From: Macrostomum lignano | Taxonomy: Eukaryota | Assembly: GCA_002269645.1 (NCBI GenBank) | Contig: NIVC01000351.1 | Location: forward strand, 1-37,456 | DNA: 37,456 nucleotides | Direction of reading: 5' to 3' | Shown here: positions 34,301-37,456 of the stretch, in pieces | How the letters are laid out: each line of letters opens with the position of its first letter | Position numbering within the stretch: position 1 is the first letter of the stretch | The notes under the pieces: model-generated | Told to the model about the DNA's origin: nothing | The model's database searches: none | What the model saw: the letters and a program-made list of their open reading frames with translations, nothing else | Program-made: the position numbers and the translations under genes

Positions 34301-37202
34301 GAGACCAGAATCCATGAGGGACTGAGACCAGAATCCAGCAGGGACTGAGACCAGAATCCATGAGGGACTGAGACCAGAATCCATGAGGGACTGAGACCAG
34401 AATCCATGACGGACTGAGACCAGAATCCATGACGGACTGAGACCAGAATCCATGACGGACTGAGACCAGAATCCATGAGGGACTGAGACCAGAATCCATG
34501 AGGGACTGAGACCAGAATCCTTGAGGGACTGAGACCAGAATCCATGAGGGACTGAGACCAGAATCCAGCAGGGACTGAGACCAGAATCCATGAGGGACTG
34601 AGACCAGAATCCATGAGGGACTGAGACCAGAATCCATGAGGCACTGAGACCAGAATCCATGATGGACTGAGACCAGAATCCATGAGGGACTGAGACCAGA
34701 ATCCATGAGAGACTGAGACCAGAATCCATGAGGGACTGAGACCAGAATCCTTGAGGGACTGAGACCAGAATCCATGAGGGACTGAGACCAGAATCCAGGA
34801 GGGACTGAGACCAGAATCCATGACGGACTGAGACCAGAATCCATGAGGGACTGAGACCAGAATCCATGAGGCACTGAGACCAGAATCCATGATGGACTGA
34901 GACCAGAATCCATGACGGACTGAGACCAGAATCCATGAGGGACTGAGACCAGAATCCATGAGGGACTGAGACCAAAATCCATGAGGGACTGAGACCAGAA
35001 TCCATGAGAGACTGAGACCAGAATCCATGAGGGACTGAGACCAGAATCCATGAGGGACTGAGACCAGAATCCAGGAGGGACTGAGACCAGAATCCATGAG
35101 GGACTGAGACCAGAATCCATGAGGGACTGAGACCAGAATCCATGATGACTTTGACCAGACCACGAAGTCCGGGTTCAGATTCCAGTAACCTGTATTTTGT
35201 CCATCGGTTACTAATGCCACATTTTCTGTTTCTGATTCCAATGAAACTAGAACAAATTCTGATATTACTTAACTAATTTACATGCACTTGCAAAATTAGT
35301 ATTAACATATGACTAACTTACCCCAACGCTACCCAAGGCTGATAGACAGTTGATACAAACCGAGCCAATTAAAACTTTGCGCTGTGGCATTTCAGGCATG
35401 TACTTTGCCTGCACAATGATCATGTGCAGTCTGTCGGTGGTATTCACGGTGATTGTGCTCAACTATCATCACAGGAATGCGGAGTCTCATCCCATACCTA
35501 ACTGGGTGAGTGAGATCACTATGCTTGCGTCATTTGCAGTGTAGTGAGCTGAAGTCAATGGCTCTGACAATGCTGCTGAGTGTATATTCGAACTAGATTT
35601 GTCAGTACAGTGGAACAGGTCACGTTTTCTTTGCCCGGATCAACCCTAGCTACTCAAACTCAAGCGGTTAACCTAAAATGCTATTTGATACATTTAACTA
35701 GATTTGAGGCGACAAATTATCAGATAAAAATTACAGCTGCAGGAGGGCCGTGGGGCACCCCGGCGCGACCGCCCTCGGTGACATCGTCTCACAACCAGCG
35801 CTGACGGCAATTCTGCCCGTTCCGCTGGCTCCTGAGCACAATTTACGAGCTACACGGTTTAGCGCTGAGTTGCTGATCTGCTCTGCTTAGCGAAAGTCAG
35901 TGAGAGACTCACTTTAGCCAGCCGGGTTGGCCTGTCGGTGCATGTGTCCGTCGCATTCATAGCCGGTCTCGAGCCCTAAATTGAGACAATAATCAGCCAA
36001 TCCACTCAATAATGCAGGTTCGCAAGTTCATCTGCGTCTACCTGGCCAGCATTCTGTGCATGCGGCACCACGGGCGGACGGAGCACTCCGAGCCAATCAG
36101 AGTGCGACGCCGGCTGAGCGACTGGCAGCGCAGGGCCAGCCAACTGCAGCGCCGCTCCGGCGGCCTGGAACTGCGGGAGCGCTGCTCGAAATCTTTGCTG
36201 GCGAATGTGCTGGACATTGAAGACAATTTCCGAACATCCGTGCACCGGCAGCAGCGACCATCAATAAGGTAGCTCTTTTCGATGATGTACATACAACGTT
36301 ATAGTAATAAATAACTAATGTACAAGCGTAGAAGGCCGCTCAGGTGCTTTCTAAATGGATTTAGCAAAGATGTTTTACAAAATCTGTCTATAAAAATCAA
36401 GGACCACCAGGAACACTTCGTTATTATAAGGACGTAACACTCGATTCGTGTAAAAATAGTTGAAGGCCGATTTTCGTTCTCGTATGTACATTAGTGAGAT
36501 AGACGAATTGCATGATTTTCAACATAATGTACTGAGTGCAGAAGCCTAGTAGTCCTTGATAAAAATTACAACGAAGAGACAGGACTGACGGTAGTTTTGC
36601 CAGAATAATAATATCAGATTGATTTTTCTGAAATTAACCAGCTTTAACTGGATAAAACAGTGATTTTTTTACAAAATCGACTTTGAGCCTAAGTTCATTC
36701 CTCACCAAATTATACGGACTGAGAGTTCAAGGCTGGAAGGCATCAGAGTTTGGCACCAGCACATAGCACAGAGTCAGAACTGGACGTCATTGCAGATCGT
36801 ATCCGACTGGACTGACGGCATCCTTTGATGAGACGCACGGCTGGGGCCAAGAGCGCCCGCTGCCGCCAGCAGCTGCCGACTGACTCGCCGACCTCCTACA
36901 GTCCTTGCCAACCCGGCCGGCGCGCCCGCGACGCCTCAACCGACTGGGGATCGCAGCTGGACCAGCCGGATCCGAAACAACCCGACGACTGCAACAGCCA
37001 GGCCGAGCTGGAGGCCATCATTCAGGAGCTTCGCTTTGTCACCAGGAAGATCGCGAACGACGTGGCGGACGGAGAAGTCAGCAGCGAGTGGAAATTCGCA
37101 GCCAGAGTGATTGACCGGCTCTGCCTGATCCTGTTCTCCGGCTTCACTCTGATTGCAACCTGTGCCATTCTGTTCTCTGCTCCTGACGTATTCAAAGGCT
37201 GA
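26867..37202 (+). CDS. CHRNA7-like: Nicotinic acetylcholine receptor alpha subunit, alpha7-like. Exons 26867-26942, 30640-30791, 30871-30915, 30983-31092, 31665-31981, [32408-32602 or 33358-33552], [33740-33826 or 34028-34114], 35396-35505, 36018-36268, about 36902-37202
   Basis: Signal peptide exon MTISKRW...[13 protein letters not shown]; [10 protein letters not shown]; DEKNQIL; [12 protein letters not shown]; Cys-loop [15 protein letters not shown]; GSWTYDG; loop C YDCC; M1-M4; [11 protein letters not shown]; [14 protein letters not shown]. Exon sizes 45/110/195/87/110 match the alpha7-type structure as I recall it. One isoform totals 1644 nt in frame. The last acceptor is uncertain. Confidence 0.95.
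26985..28152. repeat. 21-bp minisatellite CACACCCTGCACCCTCTGTCC in nAChR intron 1
   Basis: Direct reading; it extends the signal-peptide exon into a spurious 438-aa ORF. Confidence 0.97.
28345..28425. repeat. 7-bp repeat (AAATCAT)n
   Basis: Direct reading. Confidence 0.9.
28765..29872. repeat. 21-23-bp variable minisatellite TCTGATTGCAAAATC(TC/GT)GTGAG
   Basis: Direct reading. Confidence 0.95.
30418..30604. repeat. 31-bp tandem repeat AGTAACCTGCCGCTATCCCTCTCAGAACTYC, about 6 copies, just upstream of the nAChR exon 2 acceptor
   Basis: Direct reading. Confidence 0.9.
31345..31586 (-). mobile_element. tRNA-derived SINE-like element with (TG)n tail in a nAChR intron
   Basis: Minus strand GGGGGCGTAGCCCAGTGGTCT (A-box-like) ... 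GGCTCGATTCC (B-box-like), no clean cloverleaf, followed by a body with AATAAA and then (TG)n. Confidence 0.6.
32408..32602 (+). CDS. nAChR alternative exon 7a (loop C + M1 + M1-M2 linker)
   Basis: CAG|GC...G|GT, 195 nt, no stop: [65 protein letters not shown]. Confidence 0.8.
32884..33195. repeat. 26-bp minisatellite CCAACACCCCTCCGACCCTAGATTGA between exons 7a and 7b
   Basis: Direct reading. Confidence 0.95.
33358..33552 (+). CDS. nAChR alternative exon 7b (loop C + M1 + M1-M2 linker)
   Basis: CAG|GC...G|GTACGT, 195 nt: [65 protein letters not shown]. Confidence 0.9.
33740..33826 (+). CDS. nAChR alternative exon 8a (M2 pore helix)
   Basis: CAG|GC...G|GTAAAC, 87 nt: [29 protein letters not shown]. 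Confidence 0.88.
34028..34114 (+). CDS. nAChR alternative exon 8b (M2 pore helix)
   Basis: TAG|GA...G|GTAGGT, 87 nt: [29 protein letters not shown]. Confidence 0.9.
34206..35143. repeat. 23-bp minisatellite CTGAGACCAGAATCCATGAGGGA in the nAChR intron after 8b
   Basis: Direct reading; accounts for three minus-strand ORFs. Confidence 0.97.
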
Positions 37203-37456
37203 CGGAAGATATTTGGTCAGCAATTCAGTTAGCCATTGAAGAAATCGCTAGTTACTTTAAGTAGCAATATCAGCACATTTGCGTCTTTCAAATTTACTAT
37301 ACACACATATTATACTCAGCTACCGTAAGTCTAGTGTTCAGTCACATTTCACTGTAGTTACATTAAATTTTGTATTTGAAAGAGTTACAAGTGTATAGTA
37401 GTACATGCTATTATCAAACTATTCGCATCTAATTCAAATGTGATCTATGCATTGCT

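Overview
Eukaryotic, intron-rich animal genomic DNA with no prokaryotic features. GC-rich exons sit in AT-rich, minisatellite-filled introns; this style suggests a flatworm such as Macrostomum (inference only). Most long ORFs in the supplied track are read-throughs of tandem repeats. Genes rebuilt by hand from splice sites and frame: (1) 3' part of a DUF3105/TP53I13-like gene (+); (2) a CD225/dispanin-domain ORF interrupted by one TGA (+); (3) a single-PDZ NHERF/EBP50-like gene (-); (4) a Pro/Gln-rich ORF overlapping, or frameshifted from, a TEX49/SPMIP11-like ORF (-); (5) a complete alpha7-like nicotinic acetylcholine receptor subunit gene (+, 26867-37202). The receptor gene is the highlight. 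It carries two intact, divergent copies of the loop C/M1 exon and two of the M2 pore exon, in the order 7a-7b-8a-8b, which is the layout expected for two independent mutually exclusive exon pairs. Mobile DNA: a Penelope-like GIY-YIG fragment flanked by 107-bp inverted repeats that each hold a minimal hammerhead ribozyme, an adjacent 5'-truncated RTE-like LINE, a tRNA-derived SINE and MITE-like elements.
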